Virus record (IMG/VR): IMGVR_UViG_3300045988_079972
Location: 1-56,872 of that record
Origin: a virus
Reading direction: 5' to 3' (one strand)
Length of the DNA stretch: 56,872 bases
Positions within the stretch are counted from its first letter, which is position 1, and each line of letters starts with the position of its first letter. The notes below the pieces were generated by a model. The model was given only the letters and a program-made list of their open reading frames with translations. It was not told the DNA's origin and made no database searches. Positions 22,228 through 32,400 of this stretch are shown piece by piece. The translations under genes were made by a program, and so were the position numbers.

Positions 22228-22605
22228 ATGGAATACACCACATTGGAGCAAGTTAAAATCCGACTTAAACAATTTCATATAGAGACTGTCGCAAATGAAG
22301 ATGAAACAACATCTGATGTGGTAGTGTTTGATAACAAAGAAGATGATTTGCTTATCGAACAGCTTATTAAGCAGGCTACAGAAGATGTCAAAAATAGAAG
22401 AAATTACCCCGACAGCTACACGGAAGAAATGATAACAGAGGACTTGAAACAATTTGAGGGAGTTATCGTAAATCTTGTTGTGTACGACCATTCACAGGCT
22501 GGGGAAGAATTTATGGCGAGTTTCGGTGAAAATGGTGTAAGTCGAACATGGAAAGACAGAGACAGCTTATTTGTCGGGGTATTCCCTTTTGTAAAAATGT
22601 TATAA
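22228..22605 (+). CDS. Head-tail connector (gp6-like DNA-packaging/connector protein)
   Basis: 125 aa; LEQVKIRLKQF...DDLLIEQLIKQATEDVKNRRNYP. Confidence 0.65.
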   Translation: MEYTTLEQVKIRLKQFHIETVANEDETTSDVVVFDNKEDDLLIEQLIKQATEDVKNRRNYPDSYTEEMITEDLKQFEGVIVNLVVYDHSQAGEEFMASFGENGVSRTWKDRDSLFVGVFPFVKML

Positions 22606-22720
22606 ATATTAAAAAGAAGATTGTGCGTTACCATATTCGTGAGGTTACGAAAATGGTAGCAGGCGGCACACAGTAAGGGTGGTGGGCAGTGTGCCATTAT
22701 TAAATCACAGGAGATATAAA

Positions 22721-23026
22721 ATGAAAGAGATTTTATTACAAACTTATACCGTAGTGTTGCCGATATTACTTAGCTATATAGTTTGGCTTCTGAAACAACA
22801 GAAAAAAGATAAGGATGCTAACAGTAAAGGCACAATGTTGCTTTTACGAGTGCAACTTATTGAATATCACGATAAGTACATGAAACTTGGTGAAATTCCC
22901 TCATATGCGTATCAGAATTTTTGTGAGATGTATGACGCATACCACGCACTCGGGGGGAATGGCATGGTAACAAAAATGAAAAACGAAATCCAAGAAATTC
23001 ATTTAGGCAAAGGAGGTAAAAACTGA
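22721..23026 (+). CDS. Single-pass membrane protein (holin-associated?)
   Basis: Start ATG 22721; N-terminal TM segment LLQTYTVVLPILLSYIVWLL, then a soluble domain. Confidence 0.5.
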   Translation: MKEILLQTYTVVLPILLSYIVWLLKQQKKDKDANSKGTMLLLRVQLIEYHDKYMKLGEIPSYAYQNFCEMYDAYHALGGNGMVTKMKNEIQEIHLGKGGKN

Positions 23027-23295
23027 TGGACTTTACGCAAGTACCTACAGTAGTTGCTATTATAGTGATTACTTATTTAATCGGATATGCTTCAAAGCAG
23101 ATACCACAGGTCAAAGACAATATTATTCCAGTTATCGTAGGTGTAGCCGGTGGAATACTCGGTATTGTTGGAATGTTTGTAATTCCAAACTATCCGGCAG
23201 ATAACATTCTTGACGCAATAGCAGTTGGAATTGTGTCAGGCATGGCAAGCACCGGTGTTAATCAGATTTACAAACAGGTAAAGAAAAATGCTTGA
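23026..23295 (+). CDS. Holin-like protein (multi-TM)
   Basis: 89 aa; hydrophobic segments VVAIIVITYLIGY, IIPVIVGVAGGILGIVGMFVI, AIAVGIVSGMAS; polar tail TGVNQIYKQVKKNA as in clostridial phage holins. Confidence 0.55.
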   Translation: MDFTQVPTVVAIIVITYLIGYASKQIPQVKDNIIPVIVGVAGGILGIVGMFVIPNYPADNILDAIAVGIVSGMASTGVNQIYKQVKKNA

Positions 23296-23752
23296 TATAA
23301 ACAAGCAGTCAATGAAGTATTCACAGCAAGGGGCACGCATCACAATTTACGAAAGAGACGATGACGGCAATATAATTTATGAGGGATATACCGATAGCGA
23401 TGGAAACTTTGTTCCTTATCTTGATGATGATGGAAATAAAATTCCTAAAATTATCGAAGAAAAAGTCGGTTTTTCAAAAGCTGCCGATTTTAGAGCGAAC
23501 ATAGCGTTCAGCGGCGGCGAAGCTAAAACAGAAGAGTTCGGCTTTGATGCCGCCGACTATGACGCAATAATGTTGACAGATAAAAATGAGTTCCCTTTAA
23601 AAAAAGGTGACTTAATATGGCTTGATAGTGAAGTAACTTACATTGACGAAGATACAGAAACAGTTGACGAAACATCGGCAGATTTTACTATAGTTGGAGT
23701 TAAACCGGCTTTAAAGTCGACAAAATATGTGCTTAAAGCAGTTGTAAAGTAG
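23288..23752 (+). CDS. Head-tail joining / head-closure protein (putative)
   Basis: 154 aa; position only. Confidence 0.4.
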   Translation: MLDINKQSMKYSQQGARITIYERDDDGNIIYEGYTDSDGNFVPYLDDDGNKIPKIIEEKVGFSKAADFRANIAFSGGEAKTEEFGFDAADYDAIMLTDKNEFPLKKGDLIWLDSEVTYIDEDTETVDETSADFTIVGVKPALKSTKYVLKAVVK

Positions 23753-23759
23753 GTGTTTT

Positions 23760-24302
23760 ATGGCAAAGCAAACAATAACACTGGGCTTGTCTCAAAAGTC
23801 TGTAGAAAAGGCTATAAAACAGCTTAGACAGTACAAACAATGGCTTAGAAACAAAACTACAGAACTTGTAAAGGCACTTGCGGATATTGGCATACCTGTT
23901 ATAGAAACGAATGTCGCTGACGCAAGTTATACATTTGACAGTAAAGGGGTTAGGAGTGGTTCTAACACCGAACATTATACCTATGTAAAACTTAATAACT
24001 TTGGAAGTTATGCACAGGCAAATCTTGTTGTAGAGGGCGAAGAAATTCTATTTATAGAGTTCGGGGCAGGTGTTTATTATAACGGTGAAGCCGGTACAAG
24101 TCCACATCCAAAAGGGCAGGAATTTGGCTTTTTAATTGGCTCATACGGAGCCGGTCATGGAGTGCAAAAGGTTTGGGCTTACTATGATGAAACAGGAGCA
24201 TTAGTAATGACCCGTGGTGTAGAAGCAACAATGCCTGTTTTAAAAGCGTATGAAAAGATTATAACTGATTATAAATCAGTGGTAAGGAGAGTGTTTGGGT
24301 GA
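23760..24302 (+). CDS. HK97 gp10-like tail-completion/neck protein (putative)
   Basis: 180 aa; position plus an N-terminal helical KAIKQLRQYKQWLRNKTTELVKAL pattern. Confidence 0.45.
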   Translation: MAKQTITLGLSQKSVEKAIKQLRQYKQWLRNKTTELVKALADIGIPVIETNVADASYTFDSKGVRSGSNTEHYTYVKLNNFGSYAQANLVVEGEEILFIEFGAGVYYNGEAGTSPHPKGQEFGFLIGSYGAGHGVQKVWAYYDETGALVMTRGVEATMPVLKAYEKIITDYKSVVRRVFG

Positions 24303-24712
24303 GAGCAAGAACGGCATGGGCTTTTAATTTAGAAAGTACAATATTTAACATTGTCAAAGCAAGAGCAGAAACAGGATTAAAAAAAACATATCCAAATATC
24401 CGTTTTACTAACGAAGAAGAAGCTGACGGAAATGCAGTTTTTCCAACTGTACTGATACAGTCTATGCAACCGTTAGAAAAAGTAGTAGATTTGGAAAAAA
24501 TAAATATTGACACAGTGCTTTATACAGCACAAGTTACAGTTACAACAAACAAAAGTCGAGCAGAAGCATTGAATGTGGCGAATGAGGTGGCAGGAAGATT
24601 TAAACAAATGGCGTTTACACTGAATCCAATGCCATTTGTGAGAAAAGAGAACAAAGTTTTTACAGCAACATTCAGGGCAACTCGTACTTTTGATTATAAC
24701 GATGTTTTATAG
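24299..24712 (+). CDS. Tail terminator/completion protein (putative)
   Basis: 137 aa, GTG start overlapping the upstream stop; position only. Confidence 0.4.
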   Translation: MRARTAWAFNLESTIFNIVKARAETGLKKTYPNIRFTNEEEADGNAVFPTVLIQSMQPLEKVVDLEKINIDTVLYTAQVTVTTNKSRAEALNVANEVAGRFKQMAFTLNPMPFVRKENKVFTATFRATRTFDYNDVL

Positions 24713-24757
24713 AACCATTAGGTTCTTATTTTTTTACAAAAAATTAGGAGGTAAAAC

Positions 24758-25255
24758 ATGGCAACAGGTTTAAAATCGAGAATTGCGTACAAAGAACCAA
24801 ATTCATCAGCAGTGGAAGGAGAGTATTGGGCTGGCACCTATAAATTACTTATGAGAGCTAAGTCGATACCATCTCCGTTCGGTTCTCAAAACATGGTAGA
24901 TACATCTACACTTGAAGATTTAGTCGAAACACAGGAGATGGGCAGGCGTGCGGCAGGCTCAATGGAAGTTCCGGGGGCGTTTGAAAAGAAATACAAAGAC
25001 GACATGGTAACAAATGAGGGCAAAAAACTTGACTTCATTATTCTTTACGGAACTGACGGAAAAGGTTCAGAGGGCATTTGTGGATTCATCGGGCAGGAAT
25101 CATTTGCACCTGACGAAGCAACAGACGACCACTTAACAGGTACTGCAACTATTTCAGTTCAGACAGTGCCGAAATGGATTGAAGATAACTATACAGTAAC
25201 AGTCACAGAAGATGAAAATGGTTATCCAACGGCGATTAAGTTGGCAAAAAAATAG
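24758..25255 (+). CDS. Major tail protein
   Basis: 165 aa, strong RBS aggaggtaaaacATG, followed by a strong terminator; position before the chaperones and tape measure. Confidence 0.75.
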   Translation: MATGLKSRIAYKEPNSSAVEGEYWAGTYKLLMRAKSIPSPFGSQNMVDTSTLEDLVETQEMGRRAAGSMEVPGAFEKKYKDDMVTNEGKKLDFIILYGTDGKGSEGICGFIGQESFAPDEATDDHLTGTATISVQTVPKWIEDNYTVTVTEDENGYPTAIKLAKK

Positions 25256-25357
25256 GTAGTCAGTCACTAAATAAAAGTAAAGCTGTAGTGCCTGACGAAA
25301 TAACAGAAACGGCTGACTATACTTATGATAAATAGCTAAAACAAAATGATTAAAAGA

Positions 25358-25386
25358 GGGGCAGTTTTCGGACTGCCCCCTTTCTT
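25358..25386 (+). terminator. Rho-independent terminator after the major tail gene
   Basis: GGGGCAGT/ACTGCCCC stem, then ctttctt. Confidence 0.75.
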
Positions 25387-25415
25387 ACAAAAAAGTAAGA
25401 GAAAGGGAAAATAAT

Positions 25416-25868
25416 ATGTTTAAAATTTTAAATATCAGTAACAAAGAATACAAACTTGAATACTCTCTCGAAGCATCACTTTATCCTGAGAGTACAGAAA
25501 GACTTTTGGAATTTATGTCATCAACAGATGCAGATAATGAGAATGACAAAATCAAAGGAATTATAAAAGGAATGTCAAATGTACCTCAGACAACATTGCA
25601 TATGTTCTATGCAGGATTGTTAGAACATCATGGAAATACTGAAAATGGCGACGGTACAGTTACATCACTTAGTGATGCAAAGGCACTGTTAAAACAGTAT
25701 ATTGCTGAAAATAAATCAAACTTTTATTCAGTCATGGAAATGATATTGGAGCAGATGAGGGAAGATCGTTTTTTAGAGTTGATAGGTCTGAACGAGATGT
25801 TACAGACAGAGGAAGAAACACCAAAGAAAGCATCGAAAGTTCCACAAGACCACATGAAGAAAAAATAA
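25416..25868 (+). CDS. Tail assembly chaperone (G-like)
   Basis: 150 aa, acidic; immediately upstream of the -1-frame ORF and the tape measure. Confidence 0.7.
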   Translation: MFKILNISNKEYKLEYSLEASLYPESTERLLEFMSSTDADNENDKIKGIIKGMSNVPQTTLHMFYAGLLEHHGNTENGDGTVTSLSDAKALLKQYIAENKSNFYSVMEMILEQMREDRFLELIGLNEMLQTEEETPKKASKVPQDHMKKK

Positions 25869-26236
25869 GTTTCAAAGATAACATAGAAAAAAATATCTTG
25901 CCTAGTGCTATAAAGGCAGGATTGACATATAAACAAGCTATGCACATGACGCCGAAAGCCATAGAAATGCACATAAAGGCATATACAGAAAGAGAACAAG
26001 AGAAAATAAAGGTATCTGAATATCTTTCGTGGTTAAACGGATATTATGTCGCGGAAGCAATAGCGTGTACTTTCGGAAAAGGAAAATATCCTAAAAATCC
26101 ATTACTTGAAGAAGAAAAAGAAAACAGGATAAAGAACAATCCCAACAAGGAAAGTCAAGAAGAAATAGCAGTATTTGAAATGAAACAAAGAATACGGCAG
26201 TTAAGAGAAAGCGGACTACCTGAAAGTCCTGATTAA
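25859..26236 (+). CDS. Tail assembly chaperone -1 frameshift extension (GT-like)
   Basis: The -1 frame is open from 25715 to 26236; an A6 run (aag aaa aaa taa, 25857-25868) lies at the end of the G ORF. Confidence 0.55.
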   Translation, partial: EKISFKDNIEKNILPSAIKAGLTYKQAMHMTPKAIEMHIKAYTEREQEKIKVSEYLSWLNGYYVAEAIACTFGKGKYPKNPLLEEEKENRIKNNPNKESQEEIAVFEMKQRIRQLRESGLPESPD

Positions 26237-26285
26237 AGACAGTGAGTAAAACTTGCTGTCTTTTTATTTTTGAGGTGAAAACAAA

Positions 26286-26978
26286 ATGAAAATGATTAAG
26301 AAAAACGCAAAAAGCATTAGCTATGGCGGTAAGCGCAGCTTAAACAACATAAAGTATATTGTCATACATTATACGGGAAATAAAGGCGATACAGCACTGA
26401 ATAATCTTGATTACTTTGCCAATGGCAATACAAGACAGGCAGGAGCACATTTTTTTGTTGATAAGGCAGGTAAGATAGGTAAATCAATAGCAATGAACCG
26501 TACAGCATGGGCGGTAGGCGGCGACCACAGAAGCGGAAGAAAAGGCGAAGCGGCTTATTTTGGCAAATGCACAAACGCAAACTCAGTGTCTATTGAATTG
26601 TGTGATATGTGCTTAAAAACAAACTGGGAACAGGTGTATGCGACAAGAAAACTTGTTAAATACATTCAAAGCAAGTGCCCTAATGCAAAAACAGTTATAA
26701 GACACTGGGATGTAAGCGGTAAAGAATGTCCTGCACCTTTTATTGGCACAAGTAACGAAAAGTGGATTGAATTTAAACGCTTTATAACAGCAGGATATAA
26801 ATTCAAGGCAAAAGTTACTAAAAATGCTACTTTGAGAAGTTCGGCAAAAATTTCAGCAACAAACAAAAAAGGAACTGTCAAAAAAGGAAGTGTAGTAAAC
26901 ATTGTAAAAATGCAAAATAACTTCGGTCTTACAAACGATGGTTATTGGGTAACACTTAATAAATTAAAAGAGATATAG
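26286..26978 (+). CDS. N-acetylmuramoyl-L-alanine amidase endolysin (Amidase_2/PGRP domain plus C-terminal SH3-like binding domain)
   Basis: IKYIVIHYTGNKGDTALNNLDYF...AGAHFFVDKAG...NSVSIELCD...IRHWDVSGKECPAPF. Confidence 0.85.
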   Translation: MKMIKKNAKSISYGGKRSLNNIKYIVIHYTGNKGDTALNNLDYFANGNTRQAGAHFFVDKAGKIGKSIAMNRTAWAVGGDHRSGRKGEAAYFGKCTNANSVSIELCDMCLKTNWEQVYATRKLVKYIQSKCPNAKTVIRHWDVSGKECPAPFIGTSNEKWIEFKRFITAGYKFKAKVTKNATLRSSAKISATNKKGTVKKGSVVNIVKMQNNFGLTNDGYWVTLNKLKEI

Positions 26979-26992
26979 AATGAGGTGATTTG

Positions 26993-29900
26993 ATGGAATT
27001 AGATAGCTTGGAATTAAAAGTATCGGCAGAAGCACAGTCAGCAGAAAAAGCACTTGACAGTCTTATAAGCAAATTGCAGAGCTTTTCAAAAACTTTAGGC
27101 GGTATAAACACTACTTCCATCAGTAAAAACCTTGAAAATCTTGCTAAAGTCGGCGGCTTGAAAACTGTCACTAAAGAGGTAGAGGACTTAGGAAAAACTG
27201 TAGACAATGTCAGTAAGAAGAAAACAAAGACTGAGGTTAAAGTCGATGTTAAACAAGGCTTAGAAGCTATTGCAGAGCTACAGAAAAAATATGCAAATGC
27301 AGGTAGAGGTGCACAATTCAATGGCACCACTACACAACTTGAAAAACAATATAGTAAACTATCTACCGACCTTGACAAACTCCTTTTGAAAGAAGATGAA
27401 TTTTTAAATCGAGGTAAAGCAAATATCAAAAGCACTTCTTTTGACGGGTTAGAGTATAAAATACAGGAAACTATAAATAAACTTGATATTTTAAAAGTCA
27501 AAATTGCAGAAGCACAGCAGGCTTCACAAAAAGGCTTCGTGAAAGAAGATGCAAGTAATTCAGCAATAATGATACCGCCTGAAAGTGAAATAAAAAAAGC
27601 CGTAAACACTTATCAGAAGAATATAGAAAAAATATCCGCAGACACATTACCTAAACATACAGGCTGGGATAGTCAAGCAGAACTCCTTAAAATGCAAAAA
27701 GAAGCGAGAGAGGGAATAGCAGGAGCATTAGAGGGATATGACGAAAGAATAAAGAAAGCCACAGCCGACCTTAAAGCGGTCGAAAAAAGTGGCAAGGGCA
27801 TGGGTACTGAGGAATGGGACAATGCTAGTATTACTTTACAAAAAGTTGTAGCAGAAGCTAAGTGGTATAAAAATACCTTAAAAGAAGCGGCTGCTGACCT
27901 TGATTTGAATGTCAAATCTATTAAGGAACTTGAAGCAGAAGAAAGCAAATTAGTACAAAAATCAAATCAGCTTGCTGGGAAAAAGTTAGTCGGAAGTGCT
28001 GATTATAACGAAACCATTTATCAACTTGGACGAGTTAGAGAAGAATTAGATAAGCAGAGAATAAAAATCACAGGTGCGAGCAGTGCTTTAAAAGGTTATG
28101 ACGAACGAATTTCACAGGCTAAAATCAATCTTGCTAATATACAAGCTAGTGGCAAAGGCATGGGAACTTCTGAATGGGACACTGCCAAAATGGCTTTAAT
28201 CAAGTTAGAAGATGAAGCAAGGCGGTATAAAGCGGCTTTAAATCAAAAAGCATTAGGACTTGATACCGACATAAAATCAACGGACAACCTCGAAACAAAG
28301 ATAAAGAAATTAAATCTTGCTATAGAGCAAATGAGAAATAGAGGTATTGGTTTTGGTGATACAAACTTTGATAAGCTGTATCAACAACTTAATCAAGCTG
28401 AAAAAGAACTTGCAGAATACAAAGCTAAACTTACAGAAAGTTCAACCGCAACACAAAATTTTGGAAGTATTATAAAAAATGCGGCATCGGGATTTAAAAA
28501 TTTTGTCGGTAAAATAAAAAACGCTGGAAGTGCAACACTTAATTTTGCTAAAAGTGTACGCAATATGAAATCGCCTTTAAAACTTGCACTCGGTCAAATT
28601 AGTAAATTAGGAAATTCAGTTGCAAGGCTGTATTTCAAGTACATGATGCTGTCGAGGGTTGCTGGTGCACTTGGTAAAGTTCTTGGCATATCAAGTGACT
28701 ATGTAGAGGAATACAACTATTTTCAAAAGGCAATAGATAAGATTGCACAGGAAAATAAAGGCAATTATAAAAAATACGGCTATGATGATGCTGAAAGCTA
28801 CGCAAATAGCTTTGAAGATAGATTGACAACCCTCACAGGTAAAATGACAGGTTACAAGATTGGCAAGGATGGAGATTTACTTGACACAGGTACAGCTAGT
28901 CTTGGACTTGACATTACACAGATAACAAACTTTGAAGCTCAAATCGCACAAATGACAAACTCTGTCGGAATGATGGGCGAGGCATCTATTGCAACCTCAA
29001 AAGCCATGACAATGCTTGCCGGGGATATGTCATCATTAACAAATATGCCACTTGATACTGTAATGAAGAATTTTTCAAGCGGTCTTTCGGGTGCGGCGAT
29101 GGCTGTAAAAAAATATGGCATGGACATATCAGTTGCGGCATTACAGGAAACAGCACTTGGGCTAGGTGTTAAGAAAAATGTTTCTGATATGACACAGGCT
29201 GAGAAAGAATACTTGCGTGTAATAACAATGTTGCAACAATCTAAAGTCGCATGGGGTGACTTAGCTAAGACTATCAATTCTCCCGCAAACCAATTTAGAA
29301 TGTTAAAGTCCAACATCAAACAGTGCGGCTTGATGCTTTCAAGATTGTTTATGCCTGGCATACAAAAAGTATTGCCATGGCTCAACGCAATGGCAATGGC
29401 TGTCAAAGATTTAATGAAACACATCGGTGACTTGTTTGGCTTGAAGTTTGATAGCAGCCTTGGTTCAACAGGCAGTGACACATCAGATACTTATGACGAT
29501 GTATCAGACAGTGCCGACAATGCGACAAACAGTATAAATGATGCGGCAGATGCACAGAAAAAGTTTAATAAGCAGCTGCAGGGATTTGATAAGTTAAATA
29601 ATCTTACGACAAACGAAACATCTAAGAAAGACAGTGACAAGGATAAAAACGGCACAGGAGATGTTAGTGGCGTATTATCTGATGCTCTTATAAATGCTGT
29701 CGAGGATTATGAAAAACGCTGGAATAAAGCGTTTAAAAGCATGACAAGTGATGCTGACAAGCTCAAAGAAAAGATTGAAAAACTGTTTACAACAGCATGG
29801 GACACAGGTGACGGAACAGAAATTGGTGAAGCACTTGCGACAACCTTAAATAAGGGCATTGACTGGGTGAATGAAAATACAAGCAAATGGGCTAAAGGCT

Positions 29901-32335
29901 TGAAAAAGATTACCTCAATTATGGGTACTTCTTTAAATGGTTTTGTTGAAAAATTCAAGTGGAAAGGTTTAGGAAAAGCTATAGGCAATTCTATTAAAGC
30001 CGCACTTGAAGCTGAAACAAACTTCTTTAAAAAAGTAAACTGGGTAAATCTTGGAAAAGGTTTGTCGAAAACTCTTAATTCAGCTATAAAAACAGGAGTT
30101 TTGCAGTCGTACTTTAAATCAATGGCAAGCAAGTTAAGGGCGGCTATTGAGACAGCGTTTGGAGCAATTACTACTTTTGATTTTAAAGGGCTTGGAAATG
30201 CGTTAGGACAAGGTATAAATGACTTTTTTAAGACAATGAATAAGAAAAATAAGCAGACTGGTCTTAATGGTTGGCAAGAACTTGGAAAAAGTTTAAGTGA
30301 TGGCATAAAAGGCATTGCAGATACATTAACTACAGCTTTAAAAAAGGTGAAGTGGGAGAAAGTCGGTCAAAGTATTGGAGATTTTATCTCAGCTATTGAT
30401 TTTAGCAAGGTAACATGGAGTTTACTTGGGCTGGCAAAAGCGTTAGTAAGTGCAATAGGAAGTGCTCTCAAAGGTTCATTTTCAAAAGCACCTATTGAGA
30501 CAGGTTTATTGGCGGCATTTGCATTGGTAAAATACACTGGCATAGGAAAGTTTATTGCTGGAGAAGTTTCTAAGAAAATGGCGGCTTCTTTAGCCGAAAA
30601 AATGGGCTTTGAAATCGCAAAAGACGCTGGAATAAGTACAGCTATCAAAACAGGACTTAAAGGGCTTATAGTAAAAGCAGGCTTAACAAGTTTAAGTGTT
30701 TCGGTAGGTGTAGTTGGGATAGCGGCAGCAACGGCAGCATTGGTAGCTTTCTATAACTATGTAGAAAGCAAGGCTGATGAAAAAATAAAGTTAGATATGT
30801 CAGAAGCTAATAAGGCATTAGGTGACTTAAATTCATCAGCAAAAGAATGTGAAAAAGCTGTCAACAAAACTAAAGATGCATTAAAAAAAGTCGAAGAAAG
30901 AGACGAAAACGCAGAAGCCAAAGGCAAAGAAGTTGAAAATTTAGCAAGTGCTTATTATAAACTTTCAAAAAAGGTCAACAAGACAAAAGCTGAAAAGGCA
31001 ACTCTTAAAAAGATGTCAAAAGAACTTTCAAAAGAAATACCGGGCTTAAAAAAGAATGTTGATAAAGAGACAGGAGCATACAAGGGTAGTTGGAAACAGC
31101 TAAAAAAACTTGTTGAAAAAACAAAAGAATATTATAAGGCAAAAGCGGCACAAAAAGACCTTGCGGATATAGGTAATAAACTTTATGAGAATGAAAAAAA
31201 GTTAGCAGAAGCGGCAAAGAAAAGTAAACAAGCAGAAGCAGTATTGAAAAACGAAAGAATAAATCTTGTTAATCGAACTAAGAGATTGAATGAACTTGAA
31301 GAGAAAAACTTAAAATGGAAAAGTGGTTCGGCTTCAATGACCAAATCCGAATATACGGAAATGGAAAAATTGCGTACAGAAGTGCCGAAACTTGCACAGG
31401 CATTACAAGACCAAGAAAAAGTTTATAAAGACCACAAAAAAGAACTGGGGGCACTTAAAGATACACAACAAGAACTCAACGAAAAGTACAATACAGCTTC
31501 TGACTATGTAGAGAAATATACAAAAAAGGTAGACAGTAATACTACTAGCACCAACAAACAAAAAGACGCTATAAAAGGTGTTGGGGAAGAAACCGATAAA
31601 TTGTCGGGCAAAAAAGCTACTGTATCTATAAATTCCAAAGGAGTTGAAAAGACTAAAAAAGATATTGACGGTATAAAGAGTAAAAAAGTTAAAGTTACCG
31701 CAAATGCCAAAAAAGGTAAAGATTTTGATAAAACTAAAAAGGACTATGACCATTTTAAGACTAAAAATGCAAATATAAAGCTAAATGTAAAAAATGCAGA
31801 CAAGTTAAAGGAAGTTACGAAAAATCCGTTGCTAACCGATATAGGCAAGAAAAGTACAATAAAAAGGAATGTAGAGATTACTTTTAAGATGAAAAACAAT
31901 TTCACTGACAATCTCTCTGATTTTTTAAATAAAATTTCGACTAGCAGTAAACCTAAAAAGAAAGCAAAAGGCGGTATATTTGAAAATGGCTCATGGCATA
32001 ATATAACAAAATATGCAAGCGGCGGTACTCCAAACATGGGTCAGCTTTTCTATGCAAGAGAAGCAGGCCCCGAACTGGTAGGCACGCTCAAAGGCAGAGG
32101 AACAGCGGTTATGAACAACGACCAAATAGTTACGTCAGTATCTCAAGGTGTGTCAGACGCAGTGTATAATGTTATGACACCTGTTTTAACAAGTCTTGTA
32201 TCAAGTATAAACCGTATGAACAGTAGCGGCACACCTCTTTATGTCGAGGGAGTTTCTGATGGCGATATAGTTAAGATAACACAGAACGCTAACGCTGATT
32301 ACAAGAAGCGGTACGGCAAACCTCTTTTCACTTAA
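26993..32335 (+). CDS. Tape measure protein
   Basis: About 1780 aa; coiled-coil rich, central hydrophobic/Gly-rich region; position after the chaperones. Confidence 0.9.
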   Translation: MELDSLELKVSAEAQSAEKALDSLISKLQSFSKTLGGINTTSISKNLENLAKVGGLKTVTKEVEDLGKTVDNVSKKKTKTEVKVDVKQGLEAIAELQKKYANAGRGAQFNGTTTQLEKQYSKLSTDLDKLLLKEDEFLNRGKANIKSTSFDGLEYKIQETINKLDILKVKIAEAQQASQKGFVKEDASNSAIMIPPESEIKKAVNTYQKNIEKISADTLPKHTGWDSQAELLKMQKEAREGIAGALEGYDERIKKATADLKAVEKSGKGMGTEEWDNASITLQKVVAEAKWYKNTLKEAAADLDLNVKSIKELEAEESKLVQKSNQLAGKKLVGSADYNETIYQLGRVREELDKQRIKITGASSALKGYDERISQAKINLANIQASGKGMGTSEWDTAKMALIKLEDEARRYKAALNQKALGLDTDIKSTDNLETKIKKLNLAIEQMRNRGIGFGDTNFDKLYQQLNQAEKELAEYKAKLTESSTATQNFGSIIKNAASGFKNFVGKIKNAGSATLNFAKSVRNMKSPLKLALGQISKLGNSVARLYFKYMMLSRVAGALGKVLGISSDYVEEYNYFQKAIDKIAQENKGNYKKYGYDDAESYANSFEDRLTTLTGKMTGYKIGKDGDLLDTGTASLGLDITQITNFEAQIAQMTNSVGMMGEASIATSKAMTMLAGDMSSLTNMPLDTVMKNFSSGLSGAAMAVKKYGMDISVAALQETALGLGVKKNVSDMTQAEKEYLRVITMLQQSKVAWGDLAKTINSPANQFRMLKSNIKQCGLMLSRLFMPGIQKVLPWLNAMAMAVKDLMKHIGDLFGLKFDSSLGSTGSDTSDTYDDVSDSADNATNSINDAADAQKKFNKQLQGFDKLNNLTTNETSKKDSDKDKNGTGDVSGVLSDALINAVEDYEKRWNKAFKSMTSDADKLKEKIEKLFTTAWDTGDGTEIGEALATTLNKGIDWVNENTSKWAKGLKKITSIMGTSLNGFVEKFKWKGLGKAIGNSIKAALEAETNFFKKVNWVNLGKGLSKTLNSAIKTGVLQSYFKSMASKLRAAIETAFGAITTFDFKGLGNALGQGINDFFKTMNKKNKQTGLNGWQELGKSLSDGIKGIADTLTTALKKVKWEKVGQSIGDFISAIDFSKVTWSLLGLAKALVSAIGSALKGSFSKAPIETGLLAAFALVKYTGIGKFIAGEVSKKMAASLAEKMGFEIAKDAGISTAIKTGLKGLIVKAGLTSLSVSVGVVGIAAATAALVAFYNYVESKADEKIKLDMSEANKALGDLNSSAKECEKAVNKTKDALKKVEERDENAEAKGKEVENLASAYYKLSKKVNKTKAEKATLKKMSKELSKEIPGLKKNVDKETGAYKGSWKQLKKLVEKTKEYYKAKAAQKDLADIGNKLYENEKKLAEAAKKSKQAEAVLKNERINLVNRTKRLNELEEKNLKWKSGSASMTKSEYTEMEKLRTEVPKLAQALQDQEKVYKDHKKELGALKDTQQELNEKYNTASDYVEKYTKKVDSNTTSTNKQKDAIKGVGEETDKLSGKKATVSINSKGVEKTKKDIDGIKSKKVKVTANAKKGKDFDKTKKDYDHFKTKNANIKLNVKNADKLKEVTKNPLLTDIGKKSTIKRNVEITFKMKNNFTDNLSDFLNKISTSSKPKKKAKGGIFENGSWHNITKYASGGTPNMGQLFYAREAGPELVGTLKGRGTAVMNNDQIVTSVSQGVSDAVYNVMTPVLTSLVSSINRMNSSGTPLYVEGVSDGDIVKITQNANADYKKRYGKPLFT

Positions 32336-32339
32336 AATA

Positions 32340-32375
32340 TTGCTATATTGTGCCGAATGTGGTATGATATAGCAA
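32340..32375 (+). promoter_or_regulatory. Promoter framed by a 9-bp perfect inverted repeat
   Basis: TTGCTA(32340-32345), 17 nt, TGgTATGAT(-10 at 32363-32368); TTGCTATAT(32340-32348)/ATATAGCAA(32367-32375). Confidence 0.6.
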
Positions 32376-32400
32376 ATATTTAAAAGGAGTGTGAACGGAT

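Noticed and set aside
26956-32037. Long antisense or alternative-frame ORFs inside the tape measure gene (for example 26956-27609(-), 28939-29481(-), 29707-30315(-))
   Set aside because: They are typical shadow ORFs of a long Lys/Glu/Ala-rich gene. They have no RBS and low-complexity hydrophobic translations.
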